NCBI RefSeq assembly: GCF_030684315.1
Contig: NC_081397.1
Coordinates: 2,418,001-2,482,000 of the forward strand
Length of the DNA: 64,000 bases
Source of the DNA: Stegostoma tigrinum
Lineage: Eukaryota
Direction: 5' to 3'
This document shows positions 25,951 through 39,570 of the stretch, in pieces. The first letter of the stretch is position 1, and the number at the start of each line of letters is the position of its first letter. Both the position numbers and the translations under genes were made by a program. Below the pieces are notes generated by a model. The model had not been told where the DNA came from. It worked only from the letters and a program-made list of their open reading frames with translations, and made no database searches.

Positions 25951-26576
25951 ACCTGAGGACGGGGAAAGGCAACACATAGGGCTGTTGCAGCGACTTTTAA
26001 TTTTGAACCAATCCTTTAAGGAAATATATTAACTTCGTGCCGCGCGTTGCAGGAGAGAGAGCGCGGATTGTGAAATTATACTGTATGCAGAAAAGTGTTT
26101 TCTAACCAAGGTATCCCTGCACTACAGATAGAGGTTTCACGCCATTCGAGACGATACTGTTCTGCAGCTGGTTATGCCCTTTCTAGTGAATACCAATCTA
26201 TCAGTAATACTACCAGTTGTCCATACCATGAATAATAATTTGCTCTGTCCGGAATTTTGGGCCCAGGCGCTAATTGCATATTGCAGTGTTTGTACTTCAT
26301 TGACGCTTCCAGGAATGATACTTTGTTCAGTTTGATTCTGGTAGCTGTGCTGATGTTTTAGTGGCGAGTTCATTCGAACTGCCTGTCAGAGACACATCAG
26401 GAAATGATTCAGAGCCCTCTCCGCGCTGACTGCAAGTTAGGTTCACAAGAAAATTTTGTAAAGCATAAGATATAACCTTAGTTGCAGACACATGGGACTT
26501 CTCGTTTTAAAATTACTTCAGCTCAGGCTGAAATCGGCGGGCGATTTGAAATTGACCAACTGTCATTTCAACTTAA

Positions 26577-26700
26577 CCAATCAGCCTCCAACAACTATTT
26601 TGCTGCCTTTTCTGTCCTTCAGCGGCTGTTTCTCAGGGGGTTGAGGGACGGGGCTGTATCCAATCCCAGTTCTAGGGCGGGCTCTCCATTCCCTTAAATA
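26577..26700 (+). promoter_or_regulatory. H3 promoter: CCAAT boxes and TATA-like element
   Basis: CCAAT at 26577 and 26660; ttaaata at 26694-26700. Confidence 0.6.
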
Positions 26701-26731
26701 GGCAGCGCCGCAGCAGGATCATCATTGATAG

Positions 26732-27169
<438 letters not shown>

Positions 27170-27211
27170 AAGGAGCGTGCCCCACCCTGCACATTCACCC
27201 CGAGAAACAAC

Positions 27212-27250
27212 GGCTCTTTTCAGAGCCACGACACGATACAGAGAGAGCAG
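27212..27250 (+). terminator. Histone 3' stem-loop and downstream element (H3)
   Basis: GGCTCT-TTTC-AGAGCC at 27212-27227; gagagagcag at 27241-27250. Confidence 0.95.
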
Positions 27251-27910
27251 CAATCGTCAGGCACTATGGACTTTAGTTAATGCTATTGATGTCGTCTCAA
27301 TACCACAGCTCTTACAGAAACTTAATGTGTCTGAGATGCACTAATTCATCTTAAAGACAGGACGCAACTCGGGGCAATCAGATTTATACACTTTCACTAA
27401 TCGCAACAAATTCAAGTACTGCACTCCACGTTTTATAATTTATACATTTCCAATTGAAACGCCTCTGTGTGCGAATTGCTTCCCTTGGCGTTTCCCCAGC
27501 TGTAACAACTTGGCGGAGGAGGATGGTGGGGAACAATCGCCAATTTCAAAACCCACCAGAACATAGAAACTATTTTTATATTTTTGTTCGTGCACTCGAA
27601 ATTTTGCGCAGCGCAATCTCCCACTAGGGGATTCGCTCGACCAACTGAGGACGGTCGGGTCAGTCTCGCATGGCCACTGTCTGGCGCAGAGCTATTCCAT
27701 GTCTCTATTTCCCTGTCAGCATATTGATGGGAATGCCCCTGTTTGAAGTCGCTGTCCCTGTAGCAAAACCTCCAACTTTATTCGTACCGTCCGGCAGCTG
27801 TTTTAGTGTTATCCGTGTTAAGGAGAAAACAAAAGGGATTATTTTTGCTCATTTAAAGGACCGTGCTGGAACATAACATGAAAGTTAATTAGCCAGCAGT
27901 GACGGTCTAG

Positions 27911-27950
27911 TTGCTTTTCACTGATGTTGTGGGTGGCTCTTAAAAGAGCC
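27911..27950 (-). terminator. Histone 3' stem-loop and downstream element (H2A)
   Basis: Minus strand GGCTCT-TTTA-AGAGCC-ACCCA (27935-27950), followed by gtgaaaagc. Confidence 0.93.
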
Positions 27951-27980
27951 TTTGCGTTTGCAAATTCAAGAACGGCCTCT

Positions 27981-28385
<405 letters not shown>

Positions 28386-28576
28386 TCAAACACTTTCACA
28401 GAGAATGCTACAATGTGGCCCCATCCCGCCCTCTTGTACCTTCGGGAGGAATGGGGGTGCGGCCATTGCTGATTGGTCACATTGTTCGGTATCTCCTAAT
28501 GTCGTTTCCATTCCCAATCAGATATCTGCTTCCCTCACCAATCCGGAGAGGGCCCGGGGAGGAGGCGGGAACATCC

Positions 28577-29960
28577 CGGCGCCAAATCATCAACCGCTTT
28601 CTTTCAAACTCGGAAAGCCCGCCAATATGTACAAAACTGGAAGAAGTTTTACAAAGAAGAATACGTTCATATTTCAGATAATTTACTTTTAGAATACACC
28701 TGTATACTTCACACAATCTCTCTCTGATTCCCAGGCCTCAGTGAATCGATGTGTTTCTGATTTTTTTTATACTTAAGAATAAGCAGATGGCAGAAAAAAG
28801 AGCCCGCCCGAAGTAAGTCTCTGCACAGATTTATTTTATTTCAGATCAGCATATAATGCCGATAATGGATATAATGATAAAAGTATCACACAACAATTTC
28901 TTTCCCGTTGAGCGCATTACTGCTTTAAACAACATTTTACAATCGCGCTCCCTACTGCACGAGATCAACAATATTTCTACTTTTGCGATGCCAGTCCGGC
29001 AGCTGTTCTGCTTTCATCTCGGTTCACTTTGAAATGTTCACACCGACAGCAGAAAGCCTCATTTATAGCTTTCTGCAAAACTGGACAGAACCCGCGGGGA
29101 GATTTGAAAATAAAACAAAATTCCTCTGCGTGGAAACGGTAGGAAAATACCGGCGCCAAATCATCCACCGTCTTCTTTCCGATTTGAAAAGCCCGCCAAC
29201 ATGGGCAATACGAGGAAGACGCTTTACATGAATGCTTACGATTTAATTTCCTTTCAGATTACAAATTGATCCTTGACATAACCTCTCGTTCTCACTCAGT
29301 GAGTAACACCGACTTCGGGAAATTTTGTAATTATTGTGCTAGATCAGACTTCCCTGTTAATCTCGGTTCATTTTGAAAGCCTCTTCTCGAGAACAGCAAG
29401 CCCCACATACTGCATTCTGAAAATAAATTCGGAGAACTTCACGTCGAGATTTGGGAATTGAAACAAAACAGAAATCGCACGATACTACTCTTCGTGGGTC
29501 TCAAATTCGGGGTCATTTGCTTTCGTTACCACGGGAGAAATTTAGGGCTCATTACCCACAGCGACAAAACCCTCCAACATGTCCGAAATAGGAAAAAGAA
29601 GTTTTACAAAGAGGAATGAATAATTTAATTTTTCATCGAATTTAATTCATTTTTCATATTGCAAGTGGACCCTGAAATATTTAGGAAAAACTCACATAAC
29701 CTTCTTGCCGGAGAGAGCGGTGAAACTTTAGTTTAAAGTGCCGTCCCTGTTGTCCTTGATCAGACTTCAACCACAGTTTCACACTTGATATGGCAATCCA
29801 GCAGTTAATCTGGTTTTATCTCAGTTCAGTTTGAAAGCCCCTTATCGACAGCTGAGGGCCTCATTTGCAGTGCTCTGCAAACATCAGACGAAGTCTCAGT
29901 GGCGCTTGGAAAAGTTAATGAAAGAAAAGGACAAGTAAATTTCAAAATCTATTCGTGGGA
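28577..29960 (+). repeat. Diverged ~350-570 bp tandem repeat in the H2A-H2B spacer
   Basis: cggcgccaaatcatc at 28577 and 29151; ccaa(c/t)atg at 28622, 29196, 29574; tctc(g/a)gttca.tttgaaa at 29017, 29361, 29819. Confidence 0.7.
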
Positions 29961-30405
29961 CTAGAACAGTTACTTTTCATTCCGGGTGAAACTCGTGTTT
30001 CATAACCCACGGGGCACTGCAGCTTTTGCGCTGATCAAGGGTTACAGAGTAACTGGAAAACATAGAAGGTGCAGAAAAAATGACTCCGGGACGAAAAGTA
30101 TGCTCTCTATACAGGCAGGGAAAACAGTCAGGGAACTACGCAACCGAGAATAAAGGGCAGAGGGTCAGGGATCACACGAATTTTTTTGAACAAAGTTTAT
30201 TGAAAACGAAACACAAAGCTTAGGGACATAAATTATACAGACCCAGAATAAACCACAAAGTTAAAACCTAATTTCTTAAGAAGGGTCTCGCCCCGACATG
30301 TCAACATTCCTGCTCCTCTGACGCTGCTCAGCTTGCTGTGTTCACCCAGGCCCACACCTTGTTGTCTCAGATTCTCTAGCATCGACTATCCAAGTTAAAA
30401 CGGTT

Positions 30406-30446
30406 CAGCTGTCTCAGTGCAATTGTGGGTGGCTCTTAAAAGAGCC
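30406..30446 (-). terminator. Histone 3' stem-loop and downstream element (H2B)
   Basis: Minus strand GGCTCT-TTTA-AGAGCC-ACCCA (30431-30446), followed by gagacagctg. Confidence 0.93.
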
Positions 30447-30488
30447 GTTGGGTTTTGGATTGGTGTCTGCTTTCAGCAGTGAGGTGTC

Positions 30489-30869
30489 TCACTTGGAGCT
30501 GGTGTACTTGGTCACCGCCTTTGTACCCTCCGACACGGCGTGCTTGGCCAGCTCCCCGGGCAGCAGCAGCCGCACGGCGGTCTGGATCTCCCGGGAGCTG
30601 ATGGTGCTGCGCTTGTTGTAATGGGCCAGGCGGGAAGCCTCCCCTGCGATACGCTCGAAAATATCGTTGACGAACGAGTTCATGATGCTCATGGCCCTGG
30701 AGGAGATGCCGGTGTCGGGGTGAACCTGCTTCATCACTTTGTAGATGTAGATGGAGTAACTTTCTTTCCTGCGTCGGCTCCTTTTCTTGCCGCTTTTCCC
30801 CGGCGCCTTCTTGATGATTTTCTTCGCGCCTTTCTTGGAAGTTGCCTGCGATTTCTTCTCATCTGCCAT
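30489..30869 (-). CDS. H2B: Histone H2B
   Basis: [17 protein letters not shown]...[27 protein letters not shown]...[10 protein letters not shown], 126 aa. Confidence 0.98.
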   Translation of the reverse strand: MADEKKSQATSKKGAKKIIKKAPGKSGKKRSRRRKESYSIYIYKVMKQVHPDTGISSRAMSIMNSFVNDIFERIAGEASRLAHYNKRSTISSREIQTAVRLLLPGELAKHAVSEGTKAVTKYTSSK

Positions 30870-30921
30870 AGCGACGGTCACTGTCAGACACAGAATAAGG
30901 GAAAGTGGGCGCGGAGCTCGC

Positions 30922-31033
30922 TTTTTATAGGCTGCTGGCGTCAGCAATGCTAATGAGGGATTGGGGAGGTCTTGTTCATGATTGGACAGTTTACAAGAAT
31001 CTCAGAGGATGTGATTAGCTTTTCTGTGATTGG
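30922..31033 (-). promoter_or_regulatory. H2B promoter: TATA, octamer-like H2B box, three CCAAT boxes
   Basis: Minus strand TATAAAAA (30922-30929), CTCATTAGCAT (30947-30957), and CCAAT near 30960, 30981 and 31029. Confidence 0.8.
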
Positions 31034-32639
31034 TTAGTGTGGGATACATCGGGGATCTGTCAGGATATGCAACGAAAAGTGAAACACAAGCCGAAATTTT
31101 GTACCCGGATCACTCTACATTGAACTCGTTATTGTCATTTATTGATATTTTAAACACAGTACCTGAGAGTTTTTAATTGCGACAATGTATTTATCTGCTC
31201 AAAGCAACCTTTCATGTATAACATATTATTTTGTTTCATCACTCTCTGTAGTTTCTGCATTACACTATAAGCAGTATTGTGTTCAGAGCTTGATGTTTAA
31301 TGAGGGATAGTTTGTCGAATATCTGTCAGTCTCTGCGATATGAAAATGGGAGTGCAGTTATCCATCTGACGCTTTTCACGCAGTGTGGATGGTTATTACT
31401 CTCTCACAGTCTGTTCCTGTCATACTGTCATAAAGATATACAACACTCGTGGGTCCACCTCATCCATGGCAACCAGATATCCTAAATTAATCTCGTCCTA
31501 TTTGACAGCATTTGGCCCACATCACTCTAAGCCCTTCCTATTCATACACCCGCCCAGATGCCATTTAAATGTTGTAGCTGTTCTCAACTCCACCACTTCC
31601 TCTGGCAGTTCACTGCAATTCCACACCACACTCTGTGAGCAAACATTACCCACCTTAAATTCCTTTCACATCGTGATTTTCTCATCCAAAACCCATGCCC
31701 TCTCGTTTCGGACTCCTATCCCGTGTGCATAAGAACGTGACTATTCATGCTATCCATGCCCCTCTTAATTTTATATCTTCTATACAGTCACCACCCAGCC
31801 TCTGACACTCCATGGAAAACAAGCTGCAAAACAAGCCACAATAAGCCCTGTCTATTCAGTCTCTCCCTGAAACTCAAACTTTCAAACTGTGGCAACATCC
31901 TTTTAAACATGTTCCTGACTCATGCAAGTTTAACAACACCTTCCCTATTGCAAGGGGGCATCAGAACTGAATGCAGTATTTCAAAAGTAGTCTAACCAAT
32001 CTTCTGTACAGTCACAACATCACCTCCCAATCCTCAATATACACTGAATGCCCTGACCAATAAAGGTAATTGTATCAAACACCTTCTTCACTGCCCTGTC
32101 TCCCTGGAATTCCACTTTCAAGACGCTATGAGCCTGCATTCCATGGCCACTTAGTTTGGCAACACTTCCCGAGAATTGACCATGAAGTGTGCAAGTCTTG
32201 CCCCGATTTTCTGTGACAAAATGTAGCACCTCACATTTGTCAAGATTAAACCCCAGCTGCCACTCCATAGCCCATTGGTCCTCTCGATCAAGGTCCTGTT
32301 GTAGTCTGAGGTCAGGCAGTCATGCAGCATGGACAAAGGCCCTTCAGCCCAAATTGGTTCATGCTGATCATGGTGCCCTCTCAGCTAATTCCAACTGCCC
32401 ACATTTGGTCCATATCCCTCTAAAACCTACCCTTTTTTTAATGCTGCAATTGCACCTGCCTCAACAACTTTCTCTGGCAGCTGATTCCACATGTGCACCA
32501 CTCCGCAAGGTCCTTCTTAAATCCCTCTATTTTCTTGATAAACCTTCCGCACTTTCAAAACTACATCTTAATTTTGTATTATTGGAAAACATACGAATCA
32601 TGCCTTGTACATTCACATCAAGGCCACTTATCACACAAT

Positions 32640-32925
32640 CATCGAATCCCTACTGTGTGGAAATAGGCCCTTTGGCCCAACAAGTCCATGCTGACACTCC
32701 AAGCATCCCACCCAGATCCATCCTGCTATAACTCACCCAACACATGACTGAACACTACGGGAAAATTCCCATAGCCAACCAACCTAGCCTGCACATCTTT
32801 GAACTGTGGGAGGAAACCGGAGCACCCGGAGGAACATCATTCAGACACGGAGAGAATGTGCAACATCCACACAGATAATCGCCTGAGGATGGAATTGAAC
32901 CCAGATCCCCGGTGCTAGCCACTGA
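32640..32925 (-). mobile_element. HE1/V-SINE fragment
   Basis: Reverse complement of the V-domain core: tgtgggaggaaaccggagcacccgg. Confidence 0.75.
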
Positions 32926-33641
32926 GACACCGAGGTGCCCAACAAAGGTCACAGCACAAACCCCTGTGGCACACCACGAGTCACAGGCCTCCAGTCCGAG
33001 AAACAAGCTTCAACCATCACACTCTGCTTTCTACCATCGAGCCATTTTTGAATCAAATTAGCTAGCTCTCCCTGGATCCCTTGCAACCTAACCTTCATTA
33101 CTGGTCTGCGTGCAGGACCTTGTCAAAGGCCTTACTAAAGTCCACACAGACTGCATCTACTGCCCTCCCCTCATCTATTCACTTGGTTACTTCTTTGAAA
33201 AACTCAAAGATTTGTCACATGTGCCTTTCCGCACACAAATCCATGCCGACTATCCGTAATCATACCTTGAATATCCAAATGTTCATTGATCCTGTCACTC
33301 AGCATCCTTTCCAATAACTTGCTTACTGCTGGTGTTAGGCTCACTGGCTGGAAGTTCCCTGGCTTGTCTTTCCTCCCTTTCATAAACAATGTAACAACTT
33401 TAGCCACCCTCCAGTCTTCTGGAACCTCGCCAGTGGCTAAAAATGAAGCTAAAATCTCTGCAAAGGAAGGGCCTCTGCAATTTCTTTACTGGCTTCCCAC
33501 AAAATCCGAGATGGACACTATCAGAACTCAGAAATTCATCCACCTTTGTATGATCTAAGGCTGCAAAGACACCCTTTCTGTTCATACAGATGCAGTCCAA
33601 AATATCTCTACTTCCTTCCTTTATTTCTAATAGGGATTATA

Positions 33642-33935
33642 GGGTGGCACAGTGGCTAGCACTGCAGCCTCACAGCACCAGGGACCCAGATTCGATTCCA
33701 GCCTCGGGCGACTGTCTGTATGGAGTTTACACATTCTCCCTGTGTCTGCGTGGGTTTCCGCCGGGTGCTCCGGTTTCCTCCCACAGCCCAAAGATGTGCA
33801 GGTTAGGTGGATCGGACATGCTAAATTGCCTGTACTGTTCAGGGGTGTGTGGGTTACAGGGGTATGGGTCTGGGTGGGAAGCTTGAAGGGGTGGTGTGGA
33901 CTTGTTGAGCCGAGGCGCCTGTTTCCACACTGGAG
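33642..33935 (+). mobile_element. Near full-length HE1/V-type SINE
   Basis: tRNA head (A box tggcacagtgg, B-box-like attcgattcc), V-domain gggtgctccggtttcctcccacag, CR1-derived tail. Confidence 0.85.
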
Positions 33936-34918
33936 GGAATTAATCTCATTTCCTTAGCATCCATGATTCTCTCCTCAGCAAACACTGAGGAGAAATATCC
34001 ATTAAAAATCCTCCCCTTCTGCTGTGGCTCCACACATGGACCACCATCCTGATCTTAAAGAGGTCCTCCTCTCCGCAGCCAACCTTTTACTCTTATTATA
34101 ACTAATGAGCCTTTGGGGATTATCTGTAACCTTTTCTGCCAGATCCATTTCATGACATCTTTTTGCTCTTCTGATTTCCCTCTTGTGTGCTTCTCCACTT
34201 TTTATAGTTATCTAGGGATTCACTTGAGCCTGATAGTTTAAACCCAATGTATGCCTTCTTCCCTTTCCTGACCAGATCTTCAATGTCGCTTGATATTTCA
34301 GGTCTTCTACCTCTGTCATTTCTGTTGTCCAAAAGTGTGACATTATTAGTCTGTACCTTTCAATGTGTGCTCTGTGAATGTGTGGGTGTAGTTCTCAATC
34401 CATGCCTGACAGTTTCTCCAAGAAAATGCATGAGTGTTGTTACTTGTACTACATGTCCATTCGGTAGTATCAATGTAAGAGTGCAGGCATTAGTCTGCAC
34501 ATGCCAATTTCTGCTCCGTCAATATGCGAGTTTAGTTTCTGTTAGGCAGATGTGAGAAGGTAGTTATCACACTGTACCTGGGAGACTTTGTTCTGTGACT
34601 ATTGAGTTCAGTTGTCACACTGTACCTCCCAGTTTTTAGTTTGTGACAAAGAGAGTGTGGTTTTAAATCTGAGACTGTCAGTTTCTCCTAAGTGAGTTTG
34701 TTTGTACAATTATCAGTACATTCCTGCAAGATTCTGTTGCATGAATGTGTAATTGTAGTTATCATTCCATCCATATCAGTCTTTGCTGTGTGAAATTATG
34801 AGAGGATGTACTAATTTTTCCCCATCAGTCTTCTGTCTTGTGAAAACGGGTGTTTAGTTATCAATCTGTTTATTTTCATCCATGCTCTGCGAATGTTTGG
34901 CAGCAGTTATCAGTGTAT

Positions 34919-36337
34919 CTCAGGAGCACAAAATCTGATGTTTCGGGCCTCGACCCTTCATCAGAGAGGGGGATGGGGAGAGGGAACTGGAATAAATAGG
35001 GAGAGAGGGGGAGACGGGCTGAAGATGGAGAGAAAAGAAGATAGGTAGAGAGGAGGGTATAGGTGGGGAGGTCGGGAGGGGATAGGTCAGTCCAGGGAAG
35101 ATGGACAGGTCAAGGAGGCGGGATGACGTGATCGGTTGGAAATGGAGGTGCGGCTTGAGGTGGGAGGAAGGGATTGGTGAGAGGACGAACAGGTTAGGGA
35201 AGCAGACACAGGTTGGGCTGGTTTTGTGATGCAGTGGTGGGAGGGGAAGAACTGGGCTGGTTTTGGGATGCAGTAGGGGAAGGGGAGATTTTGAAGCTTG
35301 TGAAGTCCACGTTGATACCACTGGGCTGCAGGGTTCCCAAGCGGAATATGAGTTGCTGTTCCTGCAACCTTCGGGTGGCATCATTGTGGCAATGCAGGAG
35401 GCCCATGTCGTCTGAGGAATGGGAGGGGGAGCTGAAATGTTGCGCGACTGGGAGGTGCAGTTGTTTGTTGCAAACCGAGCGGAGGTGTTCTGCAAAGCAG
35501 TCCCCAAGCCTCCGCTTGGTTTCTCCAATGTAGAGCAAGCCACACTGGGTGCAATGGATACAATATACCACATTGGCAGATGTGCAGGTGAACATCTGTT
35601 TGATATGGAAGGTCATCCTGGGGCCTGGGATGGGGGTGAGGGAGGTGTGTGGGACAAGTGTAGCACTTCCTGCGGTTGCAGGGGAAGGTGTCTGCTGTGG
35701 TGTGGTTGGAGGGGAGTGTGGAGTGGACAAGGGAGTCGTGGAGAGAGTGATCTCTCCGGAAAGAGACAAGGGTGGGAATGGAAAAATGGCTTGGGTGGTG
35801 GGGACGGATTGTAGATGGCGGAAGAGTCGGAGGATGATATGTTGTATCCAGAGGTAGGTGGGCTGGTATGTGAGGATGAGGGGGATCCTCTGGGGTCACC
35901 CTACTGCATCCCAAAACCAGCCCAGTTCTTCCCCTCCCCCCACTGCATCCCAAAACCAGCCCAGCTTGTCTCTGCTTCCCTAACCTGTTCTTCCTCTCAC
36001 CAATCCCTTCCTCCCACCTCAAGCCGCACCTCCATTTCCTACCTACCCCTCATCCCGCCTCCTTGACCTATCCATCTTCCCTGGACTGAACTACCCCTCC
36101 CCACCTCCCCACCTGTAGGCTCCTCTCTACCTATCTTGTTTTCTCTGCATCTTGGGTCCGCCTCCCCCTCTCTCCCTATTTATTCCAGTTCAATCTCCCC
36201 ATCCCCCCCTCTGATGAAGGGTCTCGGCCCGAAACGTCAGCTTTTGTGCTCCTGAGATGCTACTTGGCCTGCTGTGTTCATCCACCTCCACACTTTGTTG
36301 TCTTGGATTCTCCAGCATCTGCAGTTCCCATTATCAC
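34919..36337. mobile_element. Inverted Penelope-like element (minus arm to ~35895, plus arm ~35900-36337)
   Basis: GIY-YIG ORF 35194..35769 (VVYCIHCTQCGLLYIGETKRRL). Hammerhead motifs near both outer ends. Confidence 0.88.
36211..36238 (+). ncRNA. Minimal hammerhead ribozyme motif
   Basis: CTGATGA-AGGGTCTCGGCCC-GAAAC-GTC is intact. The partner at 34937-34964 (-) has GAAACATC. Confidence 0.75.
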
Positions 36338-36639
36338 ATCACTCTGTATCTGTCAGGTTCTGCTTGATGATTAAATTTCCAATCTATCCATGGCAGTTTC
36401 TGTGATAAGAATGTGAGGGTTTAGTTATCACTCTGTTTCTGCCAGGCTCTGTGATGTCAACGTCTGAACGCTGTTATCAGTTCTTTCACTGTCAGTTTCT
36501 GCGACTGTGTGTATGTGAGTGTGGTTGTCAATTTATACCTGCCATTTTCTGGTATGTGAATATGAGAGTTTGGATATTAAACAGCGCCTGCCAGCTTCTG
36601 ATGTGTCAATATTTGAGTGCAGTTATCAATCTGTTCCTG

Positions 36640-36770
36640 TGATAACGGGAACTGCAGATGCTGGAGAATCCAAGACAACAAAGTGTGGAGCTGGATGAAC
36701 ACAGCAGGCCAAGCAGCGTCTCAGGAGCTGCTTGGCCTGCTGTGATTGTCCAGCTCCACACTTTGTTATC
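36640..36770. mobile_element. Fold-back PLE-terminus mini-element with 15-bp direct repeat
   Basis: Inverted arms; gttatcaatctgttc occurs at 36622-36636 and 36765-36779. Confidence 0.8.
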
Positions 36771-37069
36771 AATCTGTTCTTGACAGTCTCTGCTATGCAA
36801 TAGGTGGGATTGAAGCTGTTTGTCATTGTCAGTATTTACGGTGTGAATGCGTGAGTGTAGTTATCTATCCGTACCTGTTTGTTGCACCTGACAAGATAAC
36901 ATGAATGCAGTTACCAGTCAATGAGAGTCAGTTTCTGCTATGTTAATACAGAAGTTAGTTATCAGTCTATGCCTGTGTGTTCCTGTTCTCTGAATGTATG
37001 ACTGTGATTATCAGTCTCTAGCTCAAAGATTCCTCAATGTGAATACGTGAGTTTAGTTATGGATCTGTA

Positions 37070-38265
37070 CACCGGACCTGAAATGTTAACTCTGTTTTCT
37101 CCCTCACAGATGCTGCTGGACCTGCTGAGCTTTTCCAGCAACTTTGTTTTTGTTCCTGATTTACAGCTTCCGCAGATAACAAGGCATGGGGGTGGATGAA
37201 CACAGCAGGACAAACAGCATCTTAGGAGCATAATAGCTGACGTTTTCGGCCATGACCCTTCATCATAAAAAGGGGGAGGGGGAGAGGATTTTGAAATAAA
37301 TAGGGAGAGAGAGGGAGGTGGACTGAAGATGGACAGAGGAGAAGATAGGTGGAGAGGAGAGTATGGGTAGGGAGGTAGGGAGGGGATAGGTCAGTCTGGG
37401 GAGGATGGACCGGTCAAGGGGGCAGGCTGAGGTTAGGAGGTAGGAAATGGAGGTGCGGCTTGACGTGGGAAGACGGGATAGGTGAGGGGAAGAACAGGTT
37501 ATGCAGGTGGGGAAGAGCTGGGCTGGTTTGGGATGCAGCGGGGGGGAAGGGAGATTTTGAAGCTGGTGAAATCCACATCGATACCTTGAGGCTGCAGGGT
37601 TCCCAAGCGGAATATGAGTTGCTGTTCCTGCAACCTACGGGTGGGATCATTATGACACTGCAGGATGCCCAGGATGGACATGTTGTCTGAGGAATGGGAG
37701 GGAGAGTTGAAATGGTTCGCGACTGGGAGCTGCAGTTGTTTATGGCGAACCAAGCGGAGGTGTTCTGCAAAGCAGTCCCCAAGGCTCCGCTTGGTTTCGC
37801 CAATGTAGAGAAAACCACACCGCGTACAGCGGATGCAGTCTACCACATTGGCGGATGTGCAGGGGAACATCTGCTTGATGTGGAAAGTCATCTTGGGGCG
37901 TAGGATTGGGGTTAGGGAGGAGGTGTGAGGGCAAGTGTAGCACTTCCTCCGGTTGCAGGGGAAGGTGCCGGGTGTGCTGGGGTTGGAGGGCAGTGTGGAG
38001 CGGACAAGGGAGTTGTGGAGAGAGTGGTCTCATCTGAAAGCAGACAAGGGTCGGGTAGTAAAAATGTCTTCGGTGGTCGGGTTGAATTGTAGACGGCACA
38101 AGTGTCGGAGGATGATGCATTGTATCCAGAGGTTGCTAGGGTGGGATGTGAGGACCAAGGGGGTTCTGTTTTGGCGGTTATTGCGGGGTCAGGGTGTGAG
38201 GGATGAGGCACGGGAAATGTGGAAGACACGGTTGAGGGCATTGCCGACCGCTGCGGGGGGAACAT
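37070..38265 (-). mobile_element. Penelope-like element 3' part, preceded by a short terminus of another subfamily
   Basis: ORF 37499..37891 VVDCIRCTRCGFLYIGETKRSL...LIFRLGTLQP. Confidence 0.85.
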
Positions 38266-38829
38266 CCGCAGTTCTTTCGGTTTTTATATTGTCCGTTTAT
38301 GCTGTGTGAAACACTGAGGGTGGGTATCTATGTGGGCCTTTCAGTTTCTGATTTGTGGATGTATGAGTGCAGATTTACTTTGTACCTGTCAGTTTCTGCT
38401 CTGTAAATGTGAGAGCGTAGTTGACAACCTCGTCCTCACAGTTTGTGCCGTGTGAATGAATGCAGTTATATATCTGTCTCTGCCACTTTCTGTTGTGTGA
38501 ATGTGAGAGTGCAGGACTCAATCTGTACCACTCAGTTAATGCAAGTGGAATGAGGGATGTAGGTATCATGTACATGTCCGTGTTATCATCAACCTGTTCC
38601 TGTCAGTTTCTGCTATCCGGGTACCTGAGTATAGATGTCATTCTCTGTCAGTCAGTTTCTACTCAGTGAATATGTGTCTGAAATTATCAGTCTGTCCATG
38701 ACACTGTTTTGCTGTGTGAATGTTTAGTTATCAATCGCTCTCCATCAATGTCAATTAGGAGAGCCTGAGAGTGTAGTTATTACATGTTTTAATACATTCT
38801 GATCAGATACTCAACTACAATAGCAATCA

Positions 38830-39570
38830 TCCCAATATCTACTCATGGAGCTGCACCAAAACACTGTTCAAGTGAGCCACAACACACTGCAGCATCCAGA
38901 GCTGCGTAAAGCTGAGGAAGAACACGATACAGTGACTATAGAAACGAAGGTTACCTGAAAAGCATTGTCCTTCGACACCTGCACAACAGACGACAAATGG
39001 AGAACACAGCACGTCCAGAGACACTAGTCACCTGACCAAACATGAAAAACATATCAGAAATGAGCACCATATTGCCCCGAGCCAACAACCAGAACTGACA
39101 GAACCAACGTTATTTGCACGATATCGTGCACAGATGCCAAAAACAGTACAAAGGCCAAACTGGTAGGAAACTAGCCATCATGATTCGTAAACACAAACTA
39201 GCTACCAAGAGACATGGCCAACTATCACTCATCTCAATACGCATGGACAAAGAGGGACACCAATTTGACTGGGACAACTTAGTCATCTGAGGAAAAGCCA
39301 ACCAAAGACATGCACGAGAATTCCTGGAGGCCTGACATTCAAACTGGAATGCCATTAACAAATGCGTAGAGCAGGATCCCATACACCAACCACTGAGAAA
39401 CAAATCCAGAAGTGATGTCAGCCACCCCAGCAAACTGCAGCACATGAACAGCCAGCAGGACACAACAGCAACACATCACCAGAGGTGCACTGAAGGTATT
39501 ATGTAGATGGTGACAAAATGTCTCTAAACAAGCAAGAAGCTTGTCGAGCAATTCAACAACAGCATAGTTA
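38830..39570 (+). mobile_element. Decayed PLE of a different family (GIY-YIG end)
   Basis: ~39103-39200 reads TNVI..ISC.D..KQYKGQTGRKLA across a frameshift. Decayed hammerhead-like core at ~39490-39522. Confidence 0.6.

Larger units (their letters stand above)
31430..34310 (-). mobile_element. Old CR1 LINE pieces interrupted by SINEs
   Basis: WQLGFNLDKCEVLHF (32020..32268), KDKPGNFQPVSLT (33204..33407) and further upstream ORF2 remnants. Confidence 0.75.

Noticed and set aside
30180-30270. Poly(A) signal for H2B (minus-strand AATAAA plus A-run)
   Set aside because: More likely the tail of a short retroelement fragment; H2B has a normal stem-loop. Cannot be excluded without 3'-end data.
33642-33720. 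tRNA gene
   Set aside because: The tRNA-like head continues directly into the SINE V-domain; no complete cloverleaf.
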